This document shows positions 1-7,801 of a stretch of 11,492 bases of DNA, one piece after another; within the stretch, counting starts at the first letter, position 1, and every line of letters begins with the position of its first letter. The position numbers were made by a program, and so were the translations under genes. The stretch covers positions 1-11,492 of the forward strand of contig CAVNZM010000085.1 of NCBI GenBank assembly GCA_963693365.1. The letters run 5' to 3'. Below the pieces are notes generated by a model, which was not told the origin of the DNA, did not search any database, and saw nothing but the letters and a program-made list of their open reading frames with translations. The stretch comes from Amoebidium appalachense (lineage: Eukaryota; Protista; Ichthyosporea).

Positions 1-136
1 GTTTATTTCGTGCATGAACTTCTCCCGGAAGCACATCAAACAACTTCCAAGCCCTCCCATGCTAACACCATCCCATCAAACCAACCCCCATCTAGCTCAT
101 GCTAACACCCCCATCAACCCCCCCCCCCTCAGCCCC

Positions 137-1007
137 TCACTCAAGCTCCGCAACAACCTTCATCACCCAATCATACCCCTCCCGCAGGCGCTGCTCAATC
201 ATCTCCATGTCCTGAACAAAATAGTGGTTGCCCTCATCCCACCAAACGGGAACCTCCACCGCCCACTCATCGATCGATGCCGCAAGAGCAGAGTCTCTCT
301 CCCTCCGCCCCCCACACATCGTCCGAGTCGATACGTTTCCCGGGAGGGTACTTCGGATCCCTCTGCACTCGATCAAACAGAAATATCTCGCACTGCCGGA
401 GCACGTTGCCACTTGCAAGCTCCCCGGGTGTGAGCGCAAAGGGGACGAGGTTTGGACGGGGAGAACCGGGGGGCGGGGAACGTAGGCGAACTGGCCGGGC
501 CCCCTCCCCGCCCTGGCGGCGGTGGACACGTTCGGCAATCCGATGGCGCAGCGCTTGCTTGTTGCGCTCCACAGCATCCTCCGCCGACCAAAAACCCACA
601 TTATGATACCCGTCCTTAACAGCCCGAGCCGCCTCTGCCATGTCGTGGAGCGCCTGCGCCACCGCCCGTGCCTTAGCCGCGCCCACGACGTTGCGCCCAG
701 GCTGCTGCAGGTACTGGCGCAGACCCGGCACGACGGACTGTGCAGCCACGGCGCACCCCCCGAACTCCGTGACCAACGGACGCACCTTGTCACGCGCGGG
801 CCCGACGGCGTTCTCTGCGGCGACGAGGGCAAGGATGGCGTCCTGGCAGTGGTTTAATTCCCTGCACACCTTCACATGCGAGGGGATCTGGTCGCTGTGC
901 ATGTCAGCGACACAAGCGCGGCACTTGACCATGTATTTGTCCTTGGTGTTCTTAGTGAAAAGGTGATCGGTCAGCCATTTGTAGCTGCGCTTGCCTACTT
1001 GTTCCAT
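137..1007 (-). CDS. Hypothetical protein with N-terminal C2HC zinc finger; probably frameshifted near 308-313 (intact ORF 267..1007, 246 aa; about 289 aa if repaired)
   Basis: ATG at 1007 in ACC-ATG-G context. Contains C-x2-C-x11-H-x3-C (CRAC...HVKVC). Removing one G from the G6 run (C6 at 308-313) joins it to a protein-like tail (RRERDSALAASIDEWAVEVPVWWDEG...VVAELE*) ending at 137. Minus-strand AATAAA at 2-7. Confidence 0.6.
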
Positions 1008-1194
1008 GGTGTGTGTGTGTAGAAATGGGGGTGCAAAGCGAAAAATCAGTAAAAGGCGACCTAACAAGCGACTTCAAAGCCTTTGATGTTGACACTACAG
1101 AAGGTGTGTGAAAGTGACACCCTATCAGCTGTGCCGTGCCCTTAGAAGCCAATTCCCAACTGATGCTGACGAAATGATATCCAGTCACGCGTTT

Positions 1195-1536
1195 GATTGG
1201 GAGAATGCTTTCAGATCCAGATCACCAAACTGCACGATTGGCTGCTGGGGATTGGATCACACCCAATTCAAGAACCAATCAGATCCCGCGAAGAGCAGGC
1301 AATGCCAGTGCTTCAAGATTTTTCAATGACAGCTGATGCCTTTTTCTCTTCTATCCCTTAGAACCAAACATAAGAATAAAATCAAACGTTTTATACCTAA
1401 TTTCATATTCAAGGTAGTTTTATAAACAATTCGGTCACATTTCTAATAGAAATCGCGAAGAAATAGTCCTATCAACGATTACAAACAGATTCTGAAACCT
1501 TGGTCAGGATCTTGAACGCTTTCGACCAATCAGATC
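1195..1536. promoter_or_regulatory. CCAAT-box cluster in divergent intergenic region
   Basis: CCAATCAGATC at 1275-1285 and 1526-1536; reverse GATTGG at 1195, 1236 and 1250; AT-rich tract at about 1320-1480 between divergent genes. Confidence 0.55.
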
Positions 1537-1630
1537 GAATAGCGGGGTAGCCAACTGCGCGCTGCTTTGGCCGTTTATTGGCACACCTGGCGCTGCTTTG
1601 GAACGAAGTTGTGGTTCCGCGTTGCCTGTT

Positions 1631-1705
1631 CCGGGGCCTGGGGGGGGCGCCTGTGGCACACAGACCCGTGAGACCACTGTGCCATCCGTGCCTCGCGTGC
1701 CCCTC
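1631..1705. repeat. Degenerate copy of dispersed G-rich/GTGCCTCGC intergenic repeat
   Basis: ccggggcctggggggggcgcctgtggcacac...ctgtgcc...cgtgcctcgcgtgcc is colinear with 3794-3903. Confidence 0.7.
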
Positions 1706-1766
1706 ATGCCCCCAGACCCCGCTCCTAGGAAAAAGCAATCGGCGAACAGGGTCCACCCCCGGCACC

Positions 1767-1902
1767 TGTTCTCCAAGGATCCGGGAGACATGGTTGGGGA
1801 TGCCATGGTGTTCTCTTGGGTTCCGGGAGACATGGGGGGGACCGGCGATGCTGTTCTCTAGCAAATCACGGGCCAAACGTTCATGGGCACGGCCGTGTTC
1901 TC
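1767..1902. repeat. Degenerate 42-44 bp tandem array
   Basis: TGTTCTC at 1767, 1809, 1852, 1896; TCCGGGAGACATGG at 1780-1793 and 1822-1835. Confidence 0.7.
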
Positions 1903-2057
1903 TCTGGTTTGTGGAGAAATCGGTGGACTGGGTAGGGGGCGGGGGCAGGAGAACAGGGTGGTGAACGCGCAGGTGGATATGGGCCGGGTTGTTGCCGTGT
2001 GACGTAAAGGTCGATTTTGATAGTTTGTGGTACTTTATCTGTCGGTTCAACACCGTG

Positions 2058-2855
2058 ATGTCTCAACTCAGCGAAGGGGCTGTTGTGCGCTGCCTCCACC
2101 TGGTGCGCACGTTTTTGGATAACGATAAGAGCAGCGCTTTGTTCATGCAGGGATACACAACGCACCACCTAGTGTTATACATCAAGCACCTGATGGAATT
2201 GGAAATAAACGAAAAGGTCCCAGTCGAACATATTGAGAGGCTGATCTCCTGCCCCGATGAAACGTCCGAACACACGCGCTCATCGAAGAAACTGAAAAAC
2301 GTCGTTATAGCAGTTCGCGAGCTGTTCCCCACACCGTGGGTTTGGAAGGGGATTGATCCAGGCACGTTTACGGTGGAGCTCGCTAGGGAGGTCCATCGCA
2401 AGGTCATGGACGGGCTGCTCGATAGCGCTGGACGGTATCGGGTGCGCTTTGCGCTTCCCGCAGGCTGCAGTCATCAGTACCTTGCACCGTTCAAGATCGA
2501 AGAGGCTCTCAAGCGTCTGTTCGAAAGGACACGCACCGAACTCCAAGACTGCAATGACGTTCTCGGTGCCATACAGGTGGCCGCCCGTTTCCTCGGGGAG
2601 TTCCTCTATATCCACCCGTTCAGCAACGGCAACGGGCGCGTCGCCCGTCTGTTGGTCAGCGTGCTGATATCGCCCTATATTGCCGTTCCCCTCTCGTTGT
2701 ACACAGACCGCAGCTCCCGCGAGCGCTACCACTCGCTGCTGCTGGCCGCGCAGAGCCAGCCGCCCCCCCACGACTACTCCGAGCTGGCGGCCTTCGTGCT
2801 GGACTGCGCAAGGGCAAACCTGGTCTCGGTGTGCAACGCCCTGGATTTGGAATGA
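2058..2855 (+). CDS. Fic (Fido) domain protein, putative AMP/NMP transferase, 265 aa
   Basis: Signature HPFSNGNGRVAR at 2613-2648, preceded by typical Fic elements (REVHRKVMDGL, AGRYR, FLYIHPF). First in-frame ATG is at 2058. Confidence 0.93.
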   Translation: MSQLSEGAVVRCLHLVRTFLDNDKSSALFMQGYTTHHLVLYIKHLMELEINEKVPVEHIERLISCPDETSEHTRSSKKLKNVVIAVRELFPTPWVWKGIDPGTFTVELAREVHRKVMDGLLDSAGRYRVRFALPAGCSHQYLAPFKIEEALKRLFERTRTELQDCNDVLGAIQVAARFLGEFLYIHPFSNGNGRVARLLVSVLISPYIAVPLSLYTDRSSRERYHSLLLAAQSQPPPHDYSELAAFVLDCARANLVSVCNALDLE

Positions 2856-3763
2856 AGCCGTCGACTCTTATCGCGCCCTACACCAACATGGACACACCCT
2901 CCCAAGCCAGGACACGTGTGCGGATCCTGCTGCCCGGGGGCGGCGTCAAGGGCTGCTTCCAAGTCGGGTTCATGCAGGGGATGCTCGCGTCGGGGCTGTA
3001 CGAGGTCGACAGGGTGTACGGCACGTCCGTCGGCGCGCTGGTGGCGCCGTTCGTGGTTGCCGACCGCCTGGACGACCTGGCGCGCGAGCTGGGGACGCTG
3101 AAGTGCGTGGAGGACATTGTGGAACCGTGGGGCGGCGCAATGGCGCTGCTTCCGAAAAGCTGGAGGACGGTTGTGGGGTCATTGCTGTACGGGGCGGCGT
3201 ACAGCCGCTTCACCCTGCAGGAGCGTGCGGCGGCGCTTCTGGAGGGCATCGACGCGGACATCTACACGCGCTGCCACTGCGTTGCCTGGGACTTCCTCAA
3301 CAAGAAGGAGCGGTGGTTCACAGGGCCCGAGTACCAGGTCGGCATGCGTGCGTCTTCGGCCCTTCCACTCGCGGTCCCCCCCGTCGAGTACGACGGCACC
3401 GTGTTTCTGGACGGCGGGGTCTCTGAGCTGGTGCCCCTCACCAAGGCACTCGAGGATGCCGCAGATGGGTTCGACGGCATCTACGTCACGGTGCTGTGCG
3501 ACTCGCTGGCGCACTGCCCCGCAGAATCCGTGCCAAAAACGGGCATGGAGCTCTGCTATGCTCTGCAGCGTGACTCGGGCACCGAGCTAGCGGCCACCGA
3601 GTTCGCCAACCTCCGCACCCGCCTCGGAGACCGCCTCGTGGTGGTCGCTCCAGAGCGGAGGCTGTTTGCGTCGCCCATGGACGTCGACCCCGGGAAGGTC
3701 GCGCGGGCGCTTGCGGATGGCCGCACGGCGTTTGCTGCCTGGGCCGCCGCGGCACGCCAATAA
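2852..3763 (+). CDS. Patatin-like phospholipase (303 aa; alternative start 2888, 291 aa)
   Basis: Glycine-rich GGGVKG, nucleophile elbow GTSVG (3020-3034), ASSALP and catalytic DGG (3410-3418). Stop TAA lies within AATAAA (3759-3764). Confidence 0.93.
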   Translation: MKPSTLIAPYTNMDTPSQARTRVRILLPGGGVKGCFQVGFMQGMLASGLYEVDRVYGTSVGALVAPFVVADRLDDLARELGTLKCVEDIVEPWGGAMALLPKSWRTVVGSLLYGAAYSRFTLQERAAALLEGIDADIYTRCHCVAWDFLNKKERWFTGPEYQVGMRASSALPLAVPPVEYDGTVFLDGGVSELVPLTKALEDAADGFDGIYVTVLCDSLAHCPAESVPKTGMELCYALQRDSGTELAATEFANLRTRLGDRLVVVAPERRLFASPMDVDPGKVARALADGRTAFAAWAAAARQ

Positions 3764-3800
3764 ACCCGGGTCCAGTCCATATCTGCCACCCATCCGGGCC

Positions 3801-3905
3801 TGGGTGGCTGGGGGTGGCTGGGGGGGGCTGGAGGGGGCTGGGAGGGGCTCCTGTGGCGCACGTGCCACGCGTGCCTCCTGTGCCTCGCGTGCCTCGCGTG
3901 CCTCA
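3801..3905. repeat. Compound minisatellite: about 5 x 10-bp GGGGTGGCTG followed by 5 x 9-bp CGTGCCTCG
   Basis: 10-mers at 3801-3850; 9-mers at 3861, 3870, 3879, 3888, 3897. Lies between convergent stop codons. Confidence 0.9.
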
Positions 3906-3907
3906 CG

Positions 3908-4684
3908 CTAGGTTTGGGTCGGGCTTTCTGGTTCTGTGGTGTGGCGCTGCATACGGGTGTATCGGAGTTTGTAGCAATTCATAACCGATGAACGATCGGA
4001 TTTCCGGGGTGGGTGTCCCGGCCATGTAGTGATTCGCTTCATGCGCACCGATTTCTGCTTTCCGAGGACAGAACTGGCATACACGCCAAAAGTTCGAATC
4101 GGGAGCGAGGCGTTCTGATTGCAGTGGCTTGGCAGCCACAAACTATATAGGTTGAAAAGGCCAGCTGAAGATATGTAGCACCCGGATGTGATGTGACAGC
4201 CCTTGGGCAACCATTCAGGATTTTTGCTCAGCTCATCCAGGAATTCTGAGACGCACTTCCGGGTGCACACGTGTTCGCCATTGACATCGTCCCAGCTGAC
4301 AACCTCGTCCTCGCTCACATCTTGGGATTCTTGCTCCGGTGGCCTCTTGGGCTCTGTTTGGGGGAGAGGCGCCCACACCGTTTGCAGCGTGTCCGATTCG
4401 ACTGTGGCCCTAATTCCCAAAATCGTCATCGTTTCGATCGCCACTTTCAAGCAATCTAGGGACGCAATATCGAACAGATGTACCCGAGGTCGATGGTTCG
4501 GACAGTAGGCTTGATAGCACAGGACCTGCCCAACGGCGGATTTCCATTTAGAAGCGCGCTTGACTTCGATGACTTCCGTGGCCGTCAGCAGGTCGATTCG
4601 TCCTGCGGGCGTGCGTACCTCAATGGTTCCACCTTCGAGCTTGGCCAGCCTATCCCTGACATATGACTCGTCGTAGGTAGCCAT
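3908..4684 (-). CDS. PD-(D/E)XK-family nuclease domain fused to a C-terminal winged-helix-like domain, 258 aa
   Basis: N-terminus E..VRDRLA..EGG.IEV.TPAGRIDLLT..EVIEVK....WK.AVGQVLCY gives a D..ExK catalytic pattern plus QxxxY. An acidic/proline linker follows, then a C-terminus resembling that of the neighbouring helicase. Confidence 0.8.
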   Translation of the reverse strand: MATYDESYVRDRLAKLEGGTIEVRTPAGRIDLLTATEVIEVKRASKWKSAVGQVLCYQAYCPNHRPRVHLFDIASLDCLKVAIETMTILGIRATVESDTLQTVWAPLPQTEPKRPPEQESQDVSEDEVVSWDDVNGEHVCTRKCVSEFLDELSKNPEWLPKGCHITSGCYISSAGLFNLYSLWLPSHCNQNASLPIRTFGVYASSVLGKQKSVRMKRITTWPGHPPRKSDRSSVMNCYKLRYTRMQRHTTEPESPTQT

Positions 4685-4737
4685 CACTTACAACACAAGA
4701 AAATAAAAATCACCCCCAGTCGATTGTTGGTTGCCAG

Positions 4738-4806
4738 TGGGTGGCTGGGGGTGGCTGGGAGGGGCCTGTGTGTACTGGGGGTGGCTGGGAGGGGCCTGCG
4801 GAGGGG
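4738..4806. repeat. G-rich direct repeats (24 bp x2, 30-bp period)
   Basis: CTGGGGGTGGCTGGGAGGGGCCTG at 4745-4768 and 4775-4798; 4738-4759 is identical to 3801-3822. Confidence 0.9.
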
Positions 4807-5030
4807 TCGAAGTCGGTCATATTCACAATACTGGAAGAAAATAAATGTCCGCCCATGGGCCTCTTGTTACAGCTGTATTGCTACGGAATGGGGAGAAAAT
4901 GAGTGCGGGTGTCGCTTAAGTACACGGCGGCCACAATGCTACCGCTGAAGGGCTGTGAGGGGCTGTGGGGCATGCGTGGCTCGCCCGCCCCGTGCCGCCG
5001 GCGTGCCCGCCGCGTCTCGCCGGCCGTGCA

Positions 5031-5067
5031 TGCCTCGCGTGCCCCCTCCCAGCCACCCAAGCCCCCC
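5031..5067. repeat. GTGCCTCGC-type unit plus inverted copy of the G-rich repeat
   Basis: TGCCTCGCGTGCC at 5031-5043; 5043-5058 is the exact reverse complement of GGGTGGCTGGGAGGGG (4749-4764, 4779-4794). Confidence 0.85.
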
Positions 5068-5088
5068 GCGGTGGCCCAGGACGCAAGG

Positions 5089-5097
5089 TATATATAA
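5089..5097 (+). promoter_or_regulatory. TATA box upstream of helicase
   Basis: TATATATAA at the GC-rich to AT-rich transition, 79 nt before ATG 5168. Confidence 0.5.
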
Positions 5098-5167
5098 TCC
5101 CGCATATGCGAAAATGGCTCAGTCTGCCCCCGGTCAGCGCAAAATATTATCTAGGCCACTAGTAACG

Positions 5168-6670
5168 ATGTCGTCTATATTTCACCTGTTGGAGATCCCT
5201 CCCATCTCCGAAGAGACATTGTTTCTGAGATTCGAGGACTGCAGCCCAGAACCACCCTTTGGACTGAGCTTCAAGCCACGCACATGCCAGAGCATTTCAT
5301 GGACTTATGAGAATTGCATCCGTTTTTTGCAGAGCAATGTGGCTTTTGTCGAGTGTGGTTCTCAATACCTGCTCAAGAACTATGACCACAAGACCGGGCG
5401 GCACGTCATTGAGCTGCATACACCCAAAAGCGCAAGAGAATGTCTCTCTAAGTACCTCTTCAGAATGGAATTTTTTGAGCGCAATCGGCCCATCACGCGT
5501 GTCTACAAGGGTACCTGGTTCATGGAGAGTGACCACATACTGCAATATTCGCGCTTTGTGTTTGACCCAGCAGACCCGGATCCACGGACGGGGAAGCGTC
5601 GTGCACAAAATGTCATGAGGCAAGGCCGTCCTTTTAACATTTTTCGTGGACTCAAGATAGTGCACAACCCCACACGCCCTCTCGCGCAATCGGCAACCAG
5701 TATGTTTTTTGACCATCTTCGCATGTTGTGCAACTACGACGAGAAAGCTTACCTCTACACACGTCACTGGTTGGCCCAGCTCTTTCAGTACCCTGACATC
5801 AAACCAGGAGTGGCTCTCGTCTTCCGGTCAGTCCAAGGTGTGGGCAAGAACGTGTTCTTTGATGTCCTGGGTGATATCATCGGACGCGACTACTATGTGT
5901 CCGTCACAAACAAAAAGCACGTTGGTGGGAACTTCAATGCCCATCTCAACAACCGACTGCTCATCGTGTGCGATGAGGTGTTTTGGCATGGTAATGTTGA
6001 TATCATCAACCAGATGAAGGCCCGTGTTACGGAAACCACAAGCCTTATGGAAAAGAAGGGGTGTGACATCATTACTGTGGAGAGTTGTGAACGCTATGTG
6101 ATTCTCAGCAACGAGTCACACCCACTGAATCTAGAGGAGGGTGACCGACGATGGGCCTGTTTTGAATCTTCGTCGGAGAGGAAGGGGCAGTTTGCATACT
6201 TTGCGGAATTCAAGGAACGACACTCCAATCCATCTGTTCTCCAGGCAATTTTGGACGAGCTGATGGCTGAAGTGAATGTCCCCCAGCGTATGCCAACCCC
6301 TCCAACAACCGAACTTCGTTCACGGTTGACAGATCTTGGACGGCCAGACGAACTGCAGTTTCTACGCGACCTTGTGACGGGGGACAACGGATGTGAGGAA
6401 TGGCCCAGACCTGTTGATGGCCAACGGTTCACCAGCACCGACCTGTTTAACTACTTTCGTCTGTGGCACGAGCGGAACGCAACCGGGCGCAGTCAGAGAC
6501 CAAGCCAAAAGCTGTTTGGTAGTGCGCTTCGAGCTATTTTGGGACAACCAGTGGCTACCAAGGTCAATGGAGCATCTCGGTACTGTTATGTTTTGTCGTT
6601 TGAGAGGGTTGGTCTGTCGAAAGATGTTTGTCAGGCCATGGAGCAGGACCGTCTTGGTTCGCTGGAATAG
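5168..6670 (+). CDS. Superfamily 3 (D5-like / DUF5906-type) helicase without a recognisable primase domain, 500 aa (alternative start 5114)
   Basis: FNIFRG pre-motif, WLAQLFQYPDIKPGVALVF, Walker A SVQGVGKN (about 5828-5851), FNAHL, Walker B LLIVCDE, EKKG.D, motif C ILSN, arginine finger DRR, C-terminal wHTH-like region (STDLFNYFRLW...FGSAL). Confidence 0.9.
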   Translation: MSSIFHLLEIPPISEETLFLRFEDCSPEPPFGLSFKPRTCQSISWTYENCIRFLQSNVAFVECGSQYLLKNYDHKTGRHVIELHTPKSARECLSKYLFRMEFFERNRPITRVYKGTWFMESDHILQYSRFVFDPADPDPRTGKRRAQNVMRQGRPFNIFRGLKIVHNPTRPLAQSATSMFFDHLRMLCNYDEKAYLYTRHWLAQLFQYPDIKPGVALVFRSVQGVGKNVFFDVLGDIIGRDYYVSVTNKKHVGGNFNAHLNNRLLIVCDEVFWHGNVDIINQMKARVTETTSLMEKKGCDIITVESCERYVILSNESHPLNLEEGDRRWACFESSSERKGQFAYFAEFKERHSNPSVLQAILDELMAEVNVPQRMPTPPTTELRSRLTDLGRPDELQFLRDLVTGDNGCEEWPRPVDGQRFTSTDLFNYFRLWHERNATGRSQRPSQKLFGSALRAILGQPVATKVNGASRYCYVLSFERVGLSKDVCQAMEQDRLGSLE

Positions 6671-6761
6671 CTGCGGGATCTTACGACAAGTAGCTACCCA
6701 GACACATTCCAAAGTGGTGTTTTATTATAGATTTTGAGTTGGGTTGATGATTTTACTTAGT

Positions 6762-6862
6762 GGTAGTCGGGTCGTTGGGTGGTAACTTACTTTTAGAAAA
6801 AAATAAAAAGGTGAAAAATATTCCCAGTGCAAAGGCTAGCTACTACCGACGACCCGACTACC
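6762..6862. repeat. Inverted repeat around an AT-rich spacer containing AATAAA
   Basis: GGTAGTCGGGTCGT 6762-6775 pairs perfectly with 6849-6862, with imperfect inward extension (to 6787 and 6838). AATAAA at 6802-6807. Confidence 0.8.
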
Positions 6863-6889
6863 GGGTTTCAGTAACCTCTTATTTTTTTG

Positions 6890-7477
6890 ATGCCATACAT
6901 GAATATGCAAGACTATATATGTGCGATATGTAATAAAACATTTGCAACAAAGCAGAACCTCCAACGTCACGCCACATGTCATACCGGTGAAAAACCATTT
7001 TCCTGTACATGGCCTGGTTGTGCAGTACGGTGCACACAGCAGGTTGGCCTGGACGCACACATGACAACTCACACTGGAGTAAAAAAATTTGAATGCAACT
7101 ACACCGGATGCACCTACAGGGCTCCGACATCTGGACGACTTCTGCGACATAAAAGAAGACACACGGGTGAACGCCCATACGCTTGCGAACACGAGGGGTG
7201 TGGCAGGCGCTTTTCATATCGGGGGGCACTTCTTATGCACTTACGAACGCACTATCCAATACAACAGCTAATGTGCAAGGCTATTGGATGTGAAGCAACC
7301 TTCAAAACTGCCAACGCGCTCAAATTTCATAACCGCATCCATACCGGTCAGCGCTCCTACATATGCGCTGAGGAAGGGTGCTCAAAGGCCTTCTCATGGC
7401 GTAGTGGGCTGTGGCGACATCGAAAGGAGGTGCATAAACACAAACAACAAGATCAACCGGGCAACCAACTCGTGTGA
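6890..7477 (+). CDS. C2H2 (Kruppel-type) zinc-finger protein, six fingers, 195 aa
   Basis: Six C-x2/4-C-x12-H-x3/4-H units with HTGEKPF, HTGVKKF, HTGERPY and HTGQRSY linkers. AATAAA at 7500-7505. Confidence 0.95.
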   Translation: MPYMNMQDYICAICNKTFATKQNLQRHATCHTGEKPFSCTWPGCAVRCTQQVGLDAHMTTHTGVKKFECNYTGCTYRAPTSGRLLRHKRRHTGERPYACEHEGCGRRFSYRGALLMHLRTHYPIQQLMCKAIGCEATFKTANALKFHNRIHTGQRSYICAEEGCSKAFSWRSGLWRHRKEVHKHKQQDQPGNQLV

Positions 7478-7515
7478 AGTCCGCCTGGTGCGGCCCAGGA
7501 ATAAAAATTACAAAC

Positions 7516-7519
<4 letters not shown>

Positions 7520-7547
<28 letters not shown>
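7520..7547. repeat. C28 homopolymer
   Basis: 28 consecutive C between convergent gene ends. Confidence 0.9.
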
Positions 7548-7801
7548 TACCACCTGTACACCAGCACGCCGGCGAGCAGCACGAGCAGCACCATGCATGC
7601 AAGCGCTATGCCCCTCCACATCGAAGCCCTCTTGAGCTGTGCATCATGGTCGTCCAATGAAGTGCCCATGTAGAGCATGAAGCGCGTGCTGTTGTCGATG
7701 TTCAGGTGGTACTCGTGCGGGTCGGCGGCAATGTCATCCCTGCGCAACCACGAGTTACTCGGGTTGTCAAATCTCAGGTTTGCAATGTTCGGAGAAGTCA
7801 T
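7547..7801 (-). CDS. Small protein with C-terminal transmembrane helix (84 aa; start uncertain, could be 7870 or 7972)
   Basis: MTSPNIANLRF...WRGIALACMVLLVLLAGVLVYRW*: a hydrophobic segment of about 20 aa at the extreme C-terminus, with G/C-rich third positions. Confidence 0.6.

Noticed and set aside
880-1000. BED finger implying a hAT transposase
   Set aside because: The spacing fits a C2HC finger, but no DDE/RNase H domain or terminal inverted repeats are visible.
1093-1102. CACTACAGAA shared with 8986-8995
   Set aside because: 10-bp match in inconsistent orientation relative to the nearest gene; compatible with chance.
1767-1902. Possible CRISPR-like repeat-spacer array
   Set aside because: The conserved part is only 7 bp and the first two 'spacers' are homologous to each other, so it is a degenerate tandem repeat.
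1472-2053. Overlapping ORFs of 87-193 aa upstream of fic
   Set aside because: Low-complexity translations of GC-rich repeat DNA with no motifs and mostly non-ATG starts.
1989-2057. TTG-initiated extension of the Fic ORF
   Set aside because: The eukaryotic-type context favours the first ATG at 2058; no Shine-Dalgarno-dependent start is supported.
4955-5167. N-terminal extension of the helicase in the ORF track (571 aa)
   Set aside because: GTG start; Pro/Arg-rich translation of the intergenic repeat lying largely upstream of the TATA box.
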